Positions 1-12,784 of a stretch of DNA of 64,000 bases are shown here, in pieces. The stretch comes from the human T2T-CHM13v2.0 reference genome, Homo sapiens. The position numbers and the translations under genes were made by a program. The notes beneath the pieces were generated by a model. The model was given only the letters and a program-made list of their open reading frames with translations, was not told where the DNA came from and searched no databases. The DNA is taken from NCBI RefSeq assembly GCF_009914755.1, contig NC_060944.1; one strand, given 5' to 3'. Position 1 is the stretch's first letter. Each line of letters opens with the position of its first letter.

Positions 1-120
1 GCTACTCAGGAAGCTGAAGCAGGAGAATCACTTGGATCCAGGAGGCAGAGGTTGCGATGGGCTGAGATTGTGCCACTGCACTCCAGTCTGGGTGATAGAG
101 TGAGACTTCATCTCAAAAAA
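1..120 (+). mobile_element. Alu, 3' part of right arm (cut by window start)
   Basis: GCTACTCAGGAAGCTGAAGCAGGAGAATCACTTG...GCACTCCAGTCTGGGTGATAGAGTGAGAC...CTCAAAAAA matches the Alu right-arm end and a short A tail. Confidence 0.95.
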
Positions 121-790
121 TGAGGAAAGACAGGTTAAATTCACAGGGAAGGATGCAAAAACTTTGCTCTCAGACTACTAGGGTAATAGTAAGAGGAGTT
201 CATTCCCAGACCTATGAAACCTGGCTGTGGCGAAACCATCACTGATTATTCCAGCCCCACAAAGTGCTACCACCCAGTCAGTGCCATAAAGTCTCCAAGT
301 GGCTTATTCCAGAATCCTATCAGCCACTTGCTTTGGGCTGATGGAGGACATTGAAAGGCCAGTGAATTTAATGAGCATGAGCCAATGGCTGATCTTCATT
401 TGCTGTCAGATGAGTCCCCTGGTCAGAAGAAATGCTCCTGGAACACTGATGGTAAAGAGGGCCCTCTGAGATCCGTGGTGGTCCTGGAAGCAGCATTTCA
501 GGCAGAGAAAACAAGTCTATTTCTAGAGTAAGTGTCAGTTCCCATGAGAACAAAGCACTGCTCCTTCTATGATAAAAATAATTCAATGTAATTACCCTAC
601 CACCAGGCTGATCCCCAGGGGAAAAGTGCCATATTGAGGAATCAGAGTGGGTCACTCCTGTTAGTAGGTAAAGCAGTGAGCAGTTGTCATAGCCAGAGAC
701 AGCAGCCTTGAGGAGTGAAAGTCCATGTTGCTAAGCCCATGCAAAACCTCCATCCCCGCCACCAAAGCCATTTAGTTGATGAATTATAGA
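121..790 (-). mobile_element. Decayed ERVL (HERV-L/MaLR-type) pol integrase fragment
   Basis: Minus-strand translations give GGGDGGFAWA*QHGLSL (cf. ERVL GHGGRDGGYAWAQQHGLPL), SPGDQP, SISSDQGTHLTANE..LAHAH (cf. SIASDQGTHFTAKEVRQWAHAH) and PLTIT..AKFL, with stops and frameshifts. Confidence 0.85.
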
Positions 791-1624
791 CATACAAGTG
801 ACAGAGGAGGCACCAAGAGACTCCTGAGTTACATCTCGTTGTTCTGTGAGCACAAGCACAAAGCAGGAAGTAGGAAACGGGGCTAATAGGAATACGGAAG
901 ACTCGGGACTTTAGAGAACAGGCTGAAGTGACCAGAATTTATGATTTCCCATGGGTGGGTCAGAAGAGTCAAGATAATATCAACATCTTCCTCTGTATTC
1001 TGGAAGCATCTCAAATGAGCACAGAATCTGTAAGGGATTAACTGTGTGATCTATTCTGACATCCTGCTCAGCAAATGTGCCCCAGAGGAGAGAACTTGCC
1101 CCATCCCCACTCACTGGTGGCAGGATTTTGGGGGGACCCAGAAAGAGGCTGGTACATCAGAGCTCATGGAGCTCCCCTTTGGCCCATGTCCTTTGTGATA
1201 TTCATAGACCATTGATGGCTCCTTCATAATGGACCTCCCAGAACACAAACCAAAGCAAAGCAAAGAGTTCTATACCTCCCTCACTTCCACCTTACCCAAG
1301 CTTTTAACTTTAAAAGCCTCAGAGAAAAGATGTCTCCTTTGTTTTACATGTCCCCCTTCACTTCTGACATGGCACCCAATCAGCATGACTTGATAGCACA
1401 AAATAGGGCAATGCTGAATGAGGACCCTCCAGTCCCTGCCCTCAGCCCTCATCTCCCTTTTTCCTGCCTTCTCTCCATTCCAGGAGACTGTTGTTACCAC
1501 AGCCCTGGAATTCCTAGCACACATCACAATGGCCACCTGGAAGTTCACGGGAAGGAAGCTCAACCCCCTGACATCAAGCAAACGGTTGTTAGTTCATGGC
1601 AATTAGCAGCTGTACTTGAGGCTG

Positions 1625-1780
1625 GGGAGCTGAAGTCATAGTCCAGGCTCTGACCCTTACTGGTAGTGAAACTTCACCTTGACCCCTGTGCTTCCCACTC
1701 TGTAAAATGAAGGTGGGAACAGCTCGCTGAGTGACTGTTGTGGGGATTAGATGATATTTGTGGAAGAACTTTGTAAGGGG
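1625..1780 (+). mobile_element. MIR SINE fragment
   Basis: CTGTGCTTCCCACTCTGTAAAATGAAGG...GTTGTGGGGATTAGATGA is a MIR core. Confidence 0.6.
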
Positions 1781-1966
1781 TAAAGAGGTATCACCTTATA
1801 AGGTAATGTCATCATTTTTAAGGTGGGGCAAGTGACAGTCAGACACTCAAGTTAGAGCAAAGCCAGGAGAAGGTTGCACTGGCATGGAAAGGGGTAAATA
1901 GCCCACCTCCACCAGCCTCTCTGGAGGGTCAACTCCAAAGTTATTAGAGTTTTAAGTTTTGGGTAA

Positions 1967-2311
<345 letters not shown>

Positions 2312-3656
2312 TGAAAAAGGGAAAAATACGTTTTATGCCCTGAGGTCTAATCACAAAATACCTTCACTCTTCAAGTCTGACCAGGAGCCACTTGCCTCAG
2401 AATGACCTGGAGTGTCGTTCAAATGCAGATCCTCAGGCCCCATCCTTGACTATCACTTAATTTTTCTGAGCCTCAGTTTTTGAGTTTTGAGGCGTGACGT
2501 AACTTTTGCTTTAAACCTCAGTAAGAGAGTTTCAATAGAAAAAAATGAACAAATGAAAAGATGAATGGCTTGCAAGGGAGAGGTAGAATATGTATCCAGA
2601 CAAGATGACTCCTATTGTCCCATCCAAATCAGACCTCCATTATCCCAGGTCCCCAAAGATGTCTTCAGTCTCAAACAACCAACAGAGTGGCCCCATTCCT
2701 ATCCACTGTGCATCCTGGCCAAGTGCACAGTAAGTGGACCTCTTGGCCGGGCATTCTGCCAATGCTGGAGCTGTTAGGAAATAAGAATGTGTGTATTTAT
2801 TGAAGAAAATAAAAATGTTCATGCGACGTTGCACAGAGACGATTTATGAGATTTTATGAATGTGTCACCAAAAGACCCACTCAGTCACTGCCAATGTTAG
2901 GTCTGCAAACACCTGGGGGCTCAGGCAACAAAGCTCCCTGATGGAGTCAGTGGGCAGGACGTGCTTGTGGAGGGGAGTATGAGCCCTGTGCTGCAGGTGC
3001 CTGCACCTGTGAGTTGTGTGGAGCCAAGTACACTTAAATCATAAGTGTATATATGGGTGTAAATAAATGTACACACACTAGTGGTGTGCAAGGGAGTATG
3101 CATATATGTGGACCCCATGAGATCGCATAGCATGGGCCACTCCTGGTGTGACTAGGAAGAGAGGCTAAGCCACAGTGCAGAAGTGGACCCATTACTCACA
3201 CTACCTTCAAAGGACACAGAGTTCTCGCTGCTCAAAGGAAGGGGTTAGTCATCACCTACTGCTAAGACCAAAAGCCTTGGGGCATCAAGAAAAGCAGATT
3301 ATCAAGAGAAAAATGTCTCTAGCCGAGCATGCAAGAATGGATAGAGTCTGACCAATAGGAGGAAGAGCAGGGTCCCATCTTGCTCACCTCCTCTGCTGGG
3401 CCTGAACTTCTCATTGACATTATAGCCTATTAGTTCCAGGTCTCTGAAGCCTCTCTGAGTTCTGTGAACCAGGTTTATGCCTTACCGCCCTCCTGGGAGC
3501 ATTGTCTTGTGCTCTCCAGCTGCCAGGCTGGTGCAAACCACAGAATGAACAAGCTCTCCTACTAAGCCCCTTGGAGCCTAGAGTAGTTCACTGTTTTCTG
3601 AGGGTTACCTTCTATGGGAGAAAGTTCAAGAAAATGCATAGAAGGTATGTTATTAA

Positions 3657-3727
3657 AAGAAAAGGGAAGAGGAAGAGAAAAGGAGGAAGGAGAAGGAGGA
3701 GAAGGAAAAGGAAAGCAAGAAAGAAGT
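3657..3727. repeat. GA-rich low-complexity tract
   Basis: Almost pure purine run AAAGGGAAGAGGAAGAGAAAAGGAGG... Confidence 0.85.
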
Positions 3728-5163
3728 GCTTTTAGGGTGAGTCCCTGAATCACCCAGAGTCCATCTTCATAAAAATAGCCTTAAGACCCCTTGTGGGCCA
3801 TGCAAGAAGGAGGGGTGCCTACTTCCTCCCTCCCTTTCATTCCTCTGCAACAAGGAGAGAATCATAGGTTTTGCAAGAGCCCTTTGTTTGCCTGGGGCAC
3901 GCCATCATCACATGCATCTTCTCAGGCACGTGAGGGAGGTCACTTCCCTACGAGACAGGGAGGAACCCTGGGCAACTGTGGCTTGGAAATGAAACCAGCC
4001 CTTTCAATGTATCTCTTTGGTGACCAGGATGGTTGGTCCTGCTTGGAGTCTGAGGTTAGGGGGCAAGATTCTGTGAATGCCTACCCTGTGCTGCATCCTC
4101 AGCTGGGCACTGTCCCATAGGCTCTTTAGTCCCCACCTCAACCTAAAAGAGGAAACTAGTGTAGCCATGGCATACATGGCTAAGATTTTAAGGATCCAAG
4201 GGGCTGTGACATTGGATCAAAGACTTAAAGGTGGCAAATGGCAGAGCCGTCTTCCAGGTGGAACCAGAGACCCATTCCTCTTGTGCTCCCAGCACCAACT
4301 GCTTCCCTCCCTCAGAGCCTTTAAAACACTGCACTGCTTGTCTCTCTCTCCATTATCCTGAGTGCTCTTGCAGGTCAATAACTAGTTCTGCACTCCTCAT
4401 CCCAGAGGTCAGCACAGGCTGGCATGGAAGAGGAAGTACCTATGAAATGGCTTACAGAGGGAAGGAGGAAAAATGGAAGTGTCCAGGAAGATGCATTTCT
4501 ACCCAGCATCACCCCTCCTGACATTAGGAACTAGTTAAGGCTCCCTGATGGCCAGAAGCAAGAGTCAACATCTCTGCAACGTAAGCCTTCTGGTATCTGA
4601 TATCCCCACCATCTGCCCTCACTCTTGCCCCAGAGCGTCTCCAGGTGAGCAGAGATTATGATTGCCAAAGGGAGCCATTTCAGGCCTCAGACCCCCAAGC
4701 TTCACCAGAGAAAGCCCCTGTCCTGGTAAAATATGATGTCACTTTCCCATTCAGCCTTGGTTAGCTGTTCTATGAGCCAGGCAGAGTAGGGATCTGTTCA
4801 TATCTATACTTGCCCCCAGGGAGTAGCAACAATGGACTCATGATATAAGAACTCAGTGACCAGTGGTACCTGCCAGTGGCCCACAAAATTGTATTGTTGA
4901 GCTGACTTCCTCCAAGTTTTTGGAGGGGGTGGGTGGAACCAGAGCTGGGCCTGGTTCCACTGCAGAGTGTGCAGGTCACTAGAACAACCAGGAGAAGGAA
5001 ATCTAATGGCTGGATCACAGTTATTGATGTTACACCTCTGACCTTTTCTCAAAACCTTTGCAAACCATTGTTTGGATTTGCAATACTGGAAACTATCAGC
5101 GGAAGGTCTTGACTGTGAGCAAAGATAAAGTTATGAACTCTGGGAACTGCGCTGTGCCAGAAA

Positions 5164-5320
5164 AGTGCTTCCCAAGGTTTCATGTGCAGACAAAGCACCT
5201 GGGGATCTTGCTAAAATGCAGACACTGATTCGATAGGTCTGAGGTGAGACCTGATGCTATGTTTCTAAGCAACTTTTGGGTGATCCTGCTGGTCCACGGA
5301 TTACTCCTGGAAGAGCAAGG
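5164..5320. mobile_element. MER5A/MER5B (hAT-Charlie MITE)
   Basis: CACCTGGGGATCTTGCTAAAATGCAGA..CTGATTC..GGTCTGAGGTGAGACC..TTTCTAA..GGTGAT..GCTGGTCCA follows the MER5 consensus. Confidence 0.8.
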
Positions 5321-5664
5321 GGCCCAGGCTGGAGCTGGCTCACGCTGGCTAAGACTAACATTCTACTCACTTCCTTGCCTCAACACACAGAAGGAGCCCA
5401 GTGCCTGTTGGGAATATCCAAACTCTCTACCTTGCAAGATTCCTTCCCAGCCAGACCCTACTTCACCCTCCTTCCGCCACCTCCCCGCAGCTGTGCTCCA
5501 AGCACAACAAATGGCCAGATTTATCCCAGGCTAGTCAAGCTCTATTCCACTAGCCCATCCTTACCAGTGCTGGTTCCTCTGCCTAAAATGCCCTTCTTCA
5601 AGGCTTTGGAAGCTCCTACTCATCTTCCGTCACACTTTCCCCAGTACCCGTTCTGCTTCTGTTG

Positions 5665-5830
5665 CTTGCCACTTGTATGCAAATTACTTCCTCTCTCTAA
5701 GCCTCAGTTTCCTCATCTATAACTTACAGATAGTAATAATGTTTACCCCAAAGGGGGTTTTCTAAATATTGAAGGAGATGATAGACATAAAATGCTTAGC
5801 AAAGTGCCTGAGACATTCTAGGTAATTAAA
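5665..5830 (+). mobile_element. MIR SINE
   Basis: CAAATTACTTCCTCTCTCTAAGCCTCAGTTTCCTCATCTATAA...AAAATGCTTAGCAAAGTGCCTG. Confidence 0.8.
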
Positions 5831-6393
5831 ACAGTAAATTGATGTAACTTCCCTCTGTGAAATCTTTCTGGAATTTTTCCATTTACCTGATTTTTATTGC
5901 TCCCACAAAATCTGACTTTTACTTCTATGGTGGCCCTTATCACTGAATTTTACAATGGCCTATTGGCTCTAGACTGTCTTATCTAATAAGTTACAAGCAC
6001 CTAGAGGTCAGGTTCATGTTTTACCCACATCTGCTTTCTCGGGATCTAGCCCAGAGACAAGTACAGAATGAACACTCAGCAAGTAGAGGCCAGGACAGCC
6101 ACAGCCAGTGGCATTTAGGGGTGCTCTGTATCTAATGGTGGCATAACTCACGGAGCAGTACAGTTAACTGGAAGATTCAGGAAAGCAGTAGCTCTATTTA
6201 AATGAGATGTCCAGATAAACGATGATTTCATATCCAGGTAAGACATTACTCTTTATTTACTCTTTATTTTTAAAGGATTTACCAAGATTTTCTTAAGTGG
6301 ATTCCATACTTAAACAGAACACAGTGGTCTTTATATAATCTTTCCAAAATTGCTTGGGGACACCTAAAAGGCATTAATCTTTGCCCCCAGAGA

Positions 6394-6524
6394 CAGGGCG
6401 ACTGAATACTTGGTTTGTCTGGGACCATTGTTTTGCACTCATTGGCTGGTCCTGTTATTCCTAGCATCCCATTTTATTCTTTTAAGGTCTCCTAGTTTGG
6501 ACAAGAAATTATCAGGTCACCCTA
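6394..6524. mobile_element. MER94-like hAT-Blackjack MITE
   Basis: Termini AGGGCGAC.../...GGTCACCCTA; internal GTTTGGACAAGAAATTAT resembles MER94; ~130 bp. Confidence 0.6.
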
Positions 6525-6571
6525 ACCAGTGATAGATGATACTGGATCAAAGTAATGGTTCAAGGAACCCC

Positions 6572-7115
6572 TGAGATGGTTACATATATTTGCTATTTGT
6601 AAATAGCAAATTTACAAATATAAAATTTTTAAATTTTATATTTAAAAATTTAAAAATATAGCACTTTTTTAAAATGCAGCACTTCCCATTGAAAGAAGGA
6701 GTCTCCGTCCCTTCCCTTGAATCTAGGCAGCTTTATGACACTTTGACCAATAACATATAGCAAAAGTGACCTCCTGCAAGCTTCGCCAAGACCTTAAGAA
6801 ATTGGTGAATTCCACCTCTTGTGACTTAGGATGCTCATGATTAGAACTCAGCCACCATGCTGTGAGGAGGCCCAAGGTATGTTGTGGAGAGCCTCCTGTA
6901 AAGGGGACCAAGAGCGAGAACCCTGGCGCCAGCCTTGTCAGTGGGTCATCCCGGCAGTTTATCTTCAGCCTCACTTGAGCTGCTTCAGCTGATGCTGTGT
7001 GGAGTATTGTGTGTCACTTCCAAACCCTGCTCAAATTGCAGATTTGGGAACAAAGTAAATGATCGTTGTTTCCAGTTATTATTTGAAGAGTATCTTTATG
7101 TAATAACAGATACTT
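6572..7115 (+). mobile_element. MLT1-family (F/G/H-type) MaLR solo LTR
   Basis: CCCTTGAATCTAGGCAG..TTTGACCAATA..GCCACCATGCTGTGAGGAGGCCCAAG..AAATTGCAGATT..ending TAACAGATACT. Confidence 0.75.
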
Positions 7116-7226
7116 AGTTGCCCAGAAAGAAAATCCTGCCAGAAAATTCAGCATTTTGGACTGGTAGACACCTGATATAGAGTTGGGAAAGTTCCTGGAA
7201 CAAATGCTTGCTACCATCATCATAAG

Positions 7227-7229
<3 letters not shown>

Positions 7230-7272
<43 letters not shown>

Positions 7273-7320
7273 CACACACACACACACATATATACATGTG
7301 TATATATATATATATATATA
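7230..7320. repeat. Compound (TA)n(CA)n(TA)n microsatellite
   Basis: Seen directly in sequence. Confidence 0.97.
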
Positions 7321-7814
7321 AAACTGTCTTTGGTCAGAAATGTTTTGCTAGGGATTTCGCCAGTTTGGTGACAACAGGGTTTACCAAAAAGTGTTCACCG
7401 TTCACCCTAAGATAATTAGCAGCAAACCTAGTAACAAGATGAGTCACTCTGAGATGGTGACATGAAGGATTTTCATAAATTGCTCTGTCATCTTCCTTCT
7501 ACATAATCATGACCAAGTAAGTCATTTTACCTCTTGAATCAACAATCAAGGTAATTTGTCTGTATAAAGAACATACACAGCACAACCCTTTCTGGGGAAA
7601 TTGATATTTCAGACCCGGAGCTCAGAGATTTTCTCATATGTCAACCACATCTTTCAGATGAGAGCCCCTTAAACAGGAAGTTTGGAAGAGTTCAGCTTTA
7701 GGGCAAAAAAGGGAAGTGAATAAGGAGGGAGAGAGAGATGGGATGGGAGGGGCAATGAGGGAAAGAGTCTGGAGGAAACATGCCCCTTACAAATTCCACC
7801 ACTCATGGGTGTCC

Positions 7815-8110
7815 CAATCATTCATTTGTTCATTTAGCAATATGTCTCGCCTGCCAACCATGTACCAGGCCCTGGGCTGGGAGTGGAGCAACTAGCAGTG
7901 TTCAAGACACACTTGATCCCTGCCCTCACGGATGGGGCCCACAGCCAGTGAGGGGAAGAGGCCATTAAGTAAGATGTGGCAGTAATAGTGTGTGTGTTGT
8001 GAAAAGGGAAGTGAAGGGTGGGGAACCACTTGTGGGGGTGAAGGGACTGGCCAAACTGGGGGTCAGAAAAGGACTCCCTAAGGAAATGACATAGAAGCCA
8101 AAACCAGAAG
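7815..8110 (-). mobile_element. L2 3' fragment
   Basis: CATTCATTTGTTCATTTAGCAATAT..CCATGTACCAGGCCCTGGGCTGG..CCCTGCCCTCACGG, the reverse L2 3' end. Confidence 0.65.
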
Positions 8111-8299
8111 GATGAGTGGGGATTAGTCATCCTTTCCTGCCTTCCTCCTCTTCTTGAATTCACCTCTGTGCTTAGAGTAAACGAGTCCTCTGACTTTCAT
8201 TTGTACACACAATCCTTCCTCCTCTCGTCTCCTGCACTGAGCTTTATCTTACCTGCACTGCCTTTAAAGAAGTCTCTCTTCACTAAACCTCTGCCTGAA

Positions 8300-8760
8300 A
8301 CTTCATTGCTTTTAGGGTAAAAACCAAAGGCCTTAACATGGCTTACTAACTCTGTCTGTCATTGGTAACTTGGCTTCAGCCACCCTGCATTTTCTTCCTG
8401 CCACAGGCCCTTTGCATATCCTGTTCCCTCTACCTAGAACACTCTCCCTTCCTCTGTTTACCTAGTTAACTTCTACTTATCCTTCAGATCTCAGATCACT
8501 TATTTTCTCTGGAAAGCCTCCATGACCTCCCTCAACTCATTAAAGGCTCCTGTTTTTAAGGTCTCAAAACCCATGTACCCTTCATTCTTAGCAGTCATGA
8601 TAGGTGCAATTTCTATGGTTTGTATGATAATTTGACCAATGCCTGTCTCCCCAGGGAGACCACAAGCCCCAGAGGAACATGGGCTTGTCTGCCTTGTTTA
8701 CTGCTTCATTCCAGCACCAGGGTTTAACATGAAGAAACAACCTAATTAAATGTTGGAGGC
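8300..8760 (+). mobile_element. L2 3' fragment
   Basis: GGCCCTTTGCATATCCTGTTCCCTCTACCTAGAACACTCT..TCCTTCAGATCTCAG..GTCTCCCC..AAATGTTG. Confidence 0.7.
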
Positions 8761-9649
8761 AAAGTGCTGACGCCAGAGTATTACTACTTCCAAACCCTTG
8801 AGAATAAAAAAAAAAATCCACTCAGTAAACTCATATATATCCTCTGAATCAAGTTCATAATAGCAGTTGTGACATGATGAGGGGGGCAGAAAACCACCAT
8901 GGAGCCAGGAGACCTAAGTTAGAATCCCATGTCTAATTGCCCTTTGGGTCTAAGTTTCCTCATCTGTGAAAAAGGTGAAATAACAGCATTCTCCCCAACA
9001 ACTGCTTAGACTTGCTTCGCCTAATGAAACCACTTCAAGGATGTATACTTATGAGTTGATTATTGCCCAATGTCCACTGGGGAATCAAGAAAGGCCATCA
9101 GTACACCAGGCCCCACTGTTGTGTGCAGACTCTGCATGGGACAGGAAGCATCAGCTCTTGGACTCCCCAAGAAGGGCGTCTGCACCAGCCTGGGCTACCA
9201 TGGGCCCTGCAGTATTGATCACCAGTATTGCAGAGGGAACATTTGCCTTTATTCCCCTTTCAAATAATTAAAGTATAATATTTTATGGCCTGATAAAATT
9301 TACTGAGACCCTTGGCACGTAATTATAGTGCTTCTTTAAAGGAGACCCCATAAAAGATGCATGATTAGAAAGTTAAGGATCTGGATAGAATTGCAACGAT
9401 GTGACAAATAATTTACAAGTGATAAACTGTCTGAGGGGGAAGAAATTCCAATAACCTCTGATGAAGGCTAACAATTAAAATAATAAATTCCCCAAGATCA
9501 AGGGTAAACCTTTTTTCTTGGTCAAAGACTTAGACTCCACAGGCCCAGGAACAAGAACAAACCTTCTTGTCAAAGTCAAGTCCTGGTTTCTCCGGACATC
9601 TGTTCTTTATTTCTTTATGTGTCTATCTTTTGTATGTAGGCATTTACAT

Positions 9650-9920
9650 ATTTAACTTTTTTCTTAATTTATTTATCTACTAATTATTCATTTTTATTTA
9701 TAGCCATTCTTTCACTCCCTCATTCTATTAATTCTTCCTTCCATTCATCTATTCACCTGCCCCATCTATCCATCCTTCTATTTATTTATTCATTTATCTC
9801 TCTATTCATCTATTTTCATCTGTTCGTTTAACCCTTTATTAATTTACTAATTTATTTATCTATCCATTCATTTACTTTTATTTTTCCTCCTCTACTTATT
9901 TACCCATCCATTCCCATCTA
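9650..9920. repeat. Degenerate (TTTA/CCAT/TCTA)n low-complexity tract
   Basis: Repeated ATTT/TCTA/CCAT tetramers, nearly G-free on the + strand. Confidence 0.7.
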
Positions 9921-9968
9921 CATGCATTGCTCACTTGCGGTAAGCAGATTGTTAACTGTGTCCTAAGG

Positions 9969-10400
9969 CAGTGCCACCCAGTAGAACTATAATGTGAGCC
10001 ACACATGTAATTTTAAATTTTCTAGTAGCCATATTTTTAAAAATAAAAAAGAAATAAGTAAAATCAATTTAAATAATAAAGTTACTATGTAATAATTATT
10101 TTTGTTATTATAAAGTGAGTATTGTAGCATAGTATATATTTATTTTAATATAAAATACAAATACCATTAATATTTAATACTTTTTTCACTCGTTTTATTT
10201 AACTCAACATATTCAAAATCTTATCATTTCAACATGCAATCAATATAAAAAACATTGAGTTATTTTGCATGTTTTTTGCCCTCAGTCTTTGAAATCCACT
10301 GTGTATTTTGAACTTGCAGCTCAGCTCAATCCAGACCAGCCATATATAAAGCTCTCAATAGTAACATGTGGCTCATGGCTGCCATGCTGGATAGCACAGC
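9969..10400. mobile_element. MER33-like hAT-Charlie MITE
   Basis: CAGTG..AATGTGAGCCACA..AATTTTAAATTTTCTAGTAGCCA..ATCATTTCAACATG..CTCAATAG..CATGTGGCT..TGGATAGCACAG. Confidence 0.8.
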
Positions 10401-11401
10401 TCTAGGACTTCAGAGATGAATCAGACATAGCCTTTGCCCTTGGATAGTTTACACTAGGGTAAGGATGGAGAACGTATTAGTTCATTTAATCTTCATTTAA
10501 GGTATAAGTACATGATACTCCCATTTTACACTAGAATAAGCCAAACCTCAGAAAGAAGCAGTAAAAAGTTTTGGAATCAAATAAATTGAGCCTCTTAAAC
10601 TACTGTGGCAAACACTCAGGCAGAGCTTATGCTGTGTAGCTATGACCAACTGAAGGGAATCATCTCACCTTCCCAAGAGCTGGCAAGGGCCAGGCATCAG
10701 GCAAGACACCACTGGGAAGAAACAATTGCATCAGCTTGGAAGTAGGGAGGCAGATACACAACAGAGGAGGCCTTTCCAGGCAAAGCAGACAAGCAGAGAG
10801 AGAGGAGAAGGAACTAATACTCCTCAAACATCTGTTATGCCCAAACCAGTCCCTGAGTTCTCCAAATATCTCTGCACAGAGACTCGGGATGTGAAAGAAT
10901 ATATTTCAGAGAATAAAAAAGCCCACATGGATTATAACTAGCCTTCTGCATCAAAAATTATAGTGTCCTATCCATTCATAACTAAGAGAGCTAGGATTCT
11001 ATGGCCAATTAACTACAAGGCACCCAAGCCTGAAGAGTATGATGATGATGACAACAGTGATAATAATGGTAATAGCAGTTACAAGAGCTCACATGACTGA
11101 GCATTTTCTATCGTATTCCAAGCACTTCACCTGCGCTGGTTCATTGATACACTTATTTTAGAGATGAGGAAACTGAGGCACTTTCCCAAAGCCACCAACC
11201 TACTGAGTGAGTGTTACTTACATAGACCCCCATAAAGAGCACTGAATTGGAAACAGACTCAGCCAGATAGGATAGAGGCTGCAGGATGGCCACGGAGGGT
11301 GTGAATTAAGTACCCCTGGATCATTGTTTCTAGGAAGTGCATAGTCCCCTAAAGAAGAAAAACCTATGAACAAATAATGACCCTAAAGAGTTCTAGGTGC
11401 T

Positions 11402-11862
11402 CTGTTTACAATAGCAAAGACTTGGAACCAACCCAAATGCACATCATTGAGAGACTGGATGAAGAAAATGAGGCACATATATACCATGGAATATTATGCA
11501 GCCATTAGAAAAAGAATGAGTTCATGTCTTTTGCAGGGACACGGATGAAGCTGGAAACCATCATCCTCAGCAAACTAACAGAGGAACAGAAAACCAAACA
11601 CTGCACGTTCTCACTCGTAAGTGGGAGTTGAACAATGAGAACACATGGGCACAGGGAGAGGAACATCACACACCAGGGCTTGTCAGGGGGTTGGGGACAA
11701 GGGGAGGGACAGCATTAAGACAAATACCTAATGCATACTGGGCTTAAAACCTAGATGACACGTTGATGGGTGCAGCAAACCACCATGGCACATTTATACC
11801 TATGTAACAAACCAGCACATTCTGCACATGTATCCCACAACTTAAAGTAAAATAAAAATAAA
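11402..11862 (+). mobile_element. L1PA (about PA7-PA10) 5'-truncated 3' end with 17-bp TSD
   Basis: ORF2 tail plus 3'UTR and A-rich tail; perfect TSD AAAGAGTTCTAGGTGCT at 11385-11401 and 11863-11879. Confidence 0.95.
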
Positions 11863-12784
11863 AAAGAGTTCTAGGTGCTGAGCCAGACATCCATACACAG
11901 TGGAGCTCACATGTGAGGGGAGCTGTCACTTCTCTTTAGGGATGAGAGAGGTGGTCAGGAAGGGTTTCACAAAAGAGATGATGCTCAAGCATCATAAAGC
12001 TTTCTCTGATTCTCCCAACAGGAAGTAATCCCTTTCCCTTCTACAAGTAAGCCACTTTGTTCAGGTCCTTGGAGCCTGGGCCCCATTGGGCCAGTTTCAG
12101 CCCCCTCCTCCTTCCTCACCCAGCACAGCCCGCTCACTCTGTGATTCCCTGCAGACACCAGGCAAGCTTTACACTTACTCAGCATGGATCAATGGAGAAA
12201 TACAATCACTTGGATTTCTGAGAATGTATATATTTGTTTAGAAACCCCTGTCTTTCTCGGGTACAGACAAAACACTGCCGGCTTACCACCTCCCAGAGAC
12301 GCACTGTGGGAATGATTTAAAGGCTTTGACTGTCAGTAGCAATATCAATCAGACGCGCTTCCCAGCGGCCTCTGCCCAGGAACAGAAGAGACATCAGGCA
12401 AAGGGGCGGAAAGAGGGACATAGCACTGGAACCAAAGTCAGGTGGAGAGAGAGAGATAAAGGGGAGGGGGAGAGAGAAAGTGAGAGGCACTAAGAAAACA
12501 CAGGGCAGGGGTGGGAGTGTGCAAAAAAAGACAAAGGCTGGGAAAAAGCTATTCGGAGTTAGGGAGACTGAAAGAGTCAGGAAGGGGAAGAAAATAAAAG
12601 AGACAGAGACAAACATGGCCAGACTCGAAGTAAGTCAATCAGACACCAAGATACGGATGGGGACAAAAATGATCAACTAAGGAGGGAAAGAGGGAGAGCA
12701 AGAGAGCAGGGACAGACAGAAAGAGAGGAGTGAAAGGAGACAGGGAAGCATGTTTCTAGCACGCTGGACCACACCAGTTCCTCC

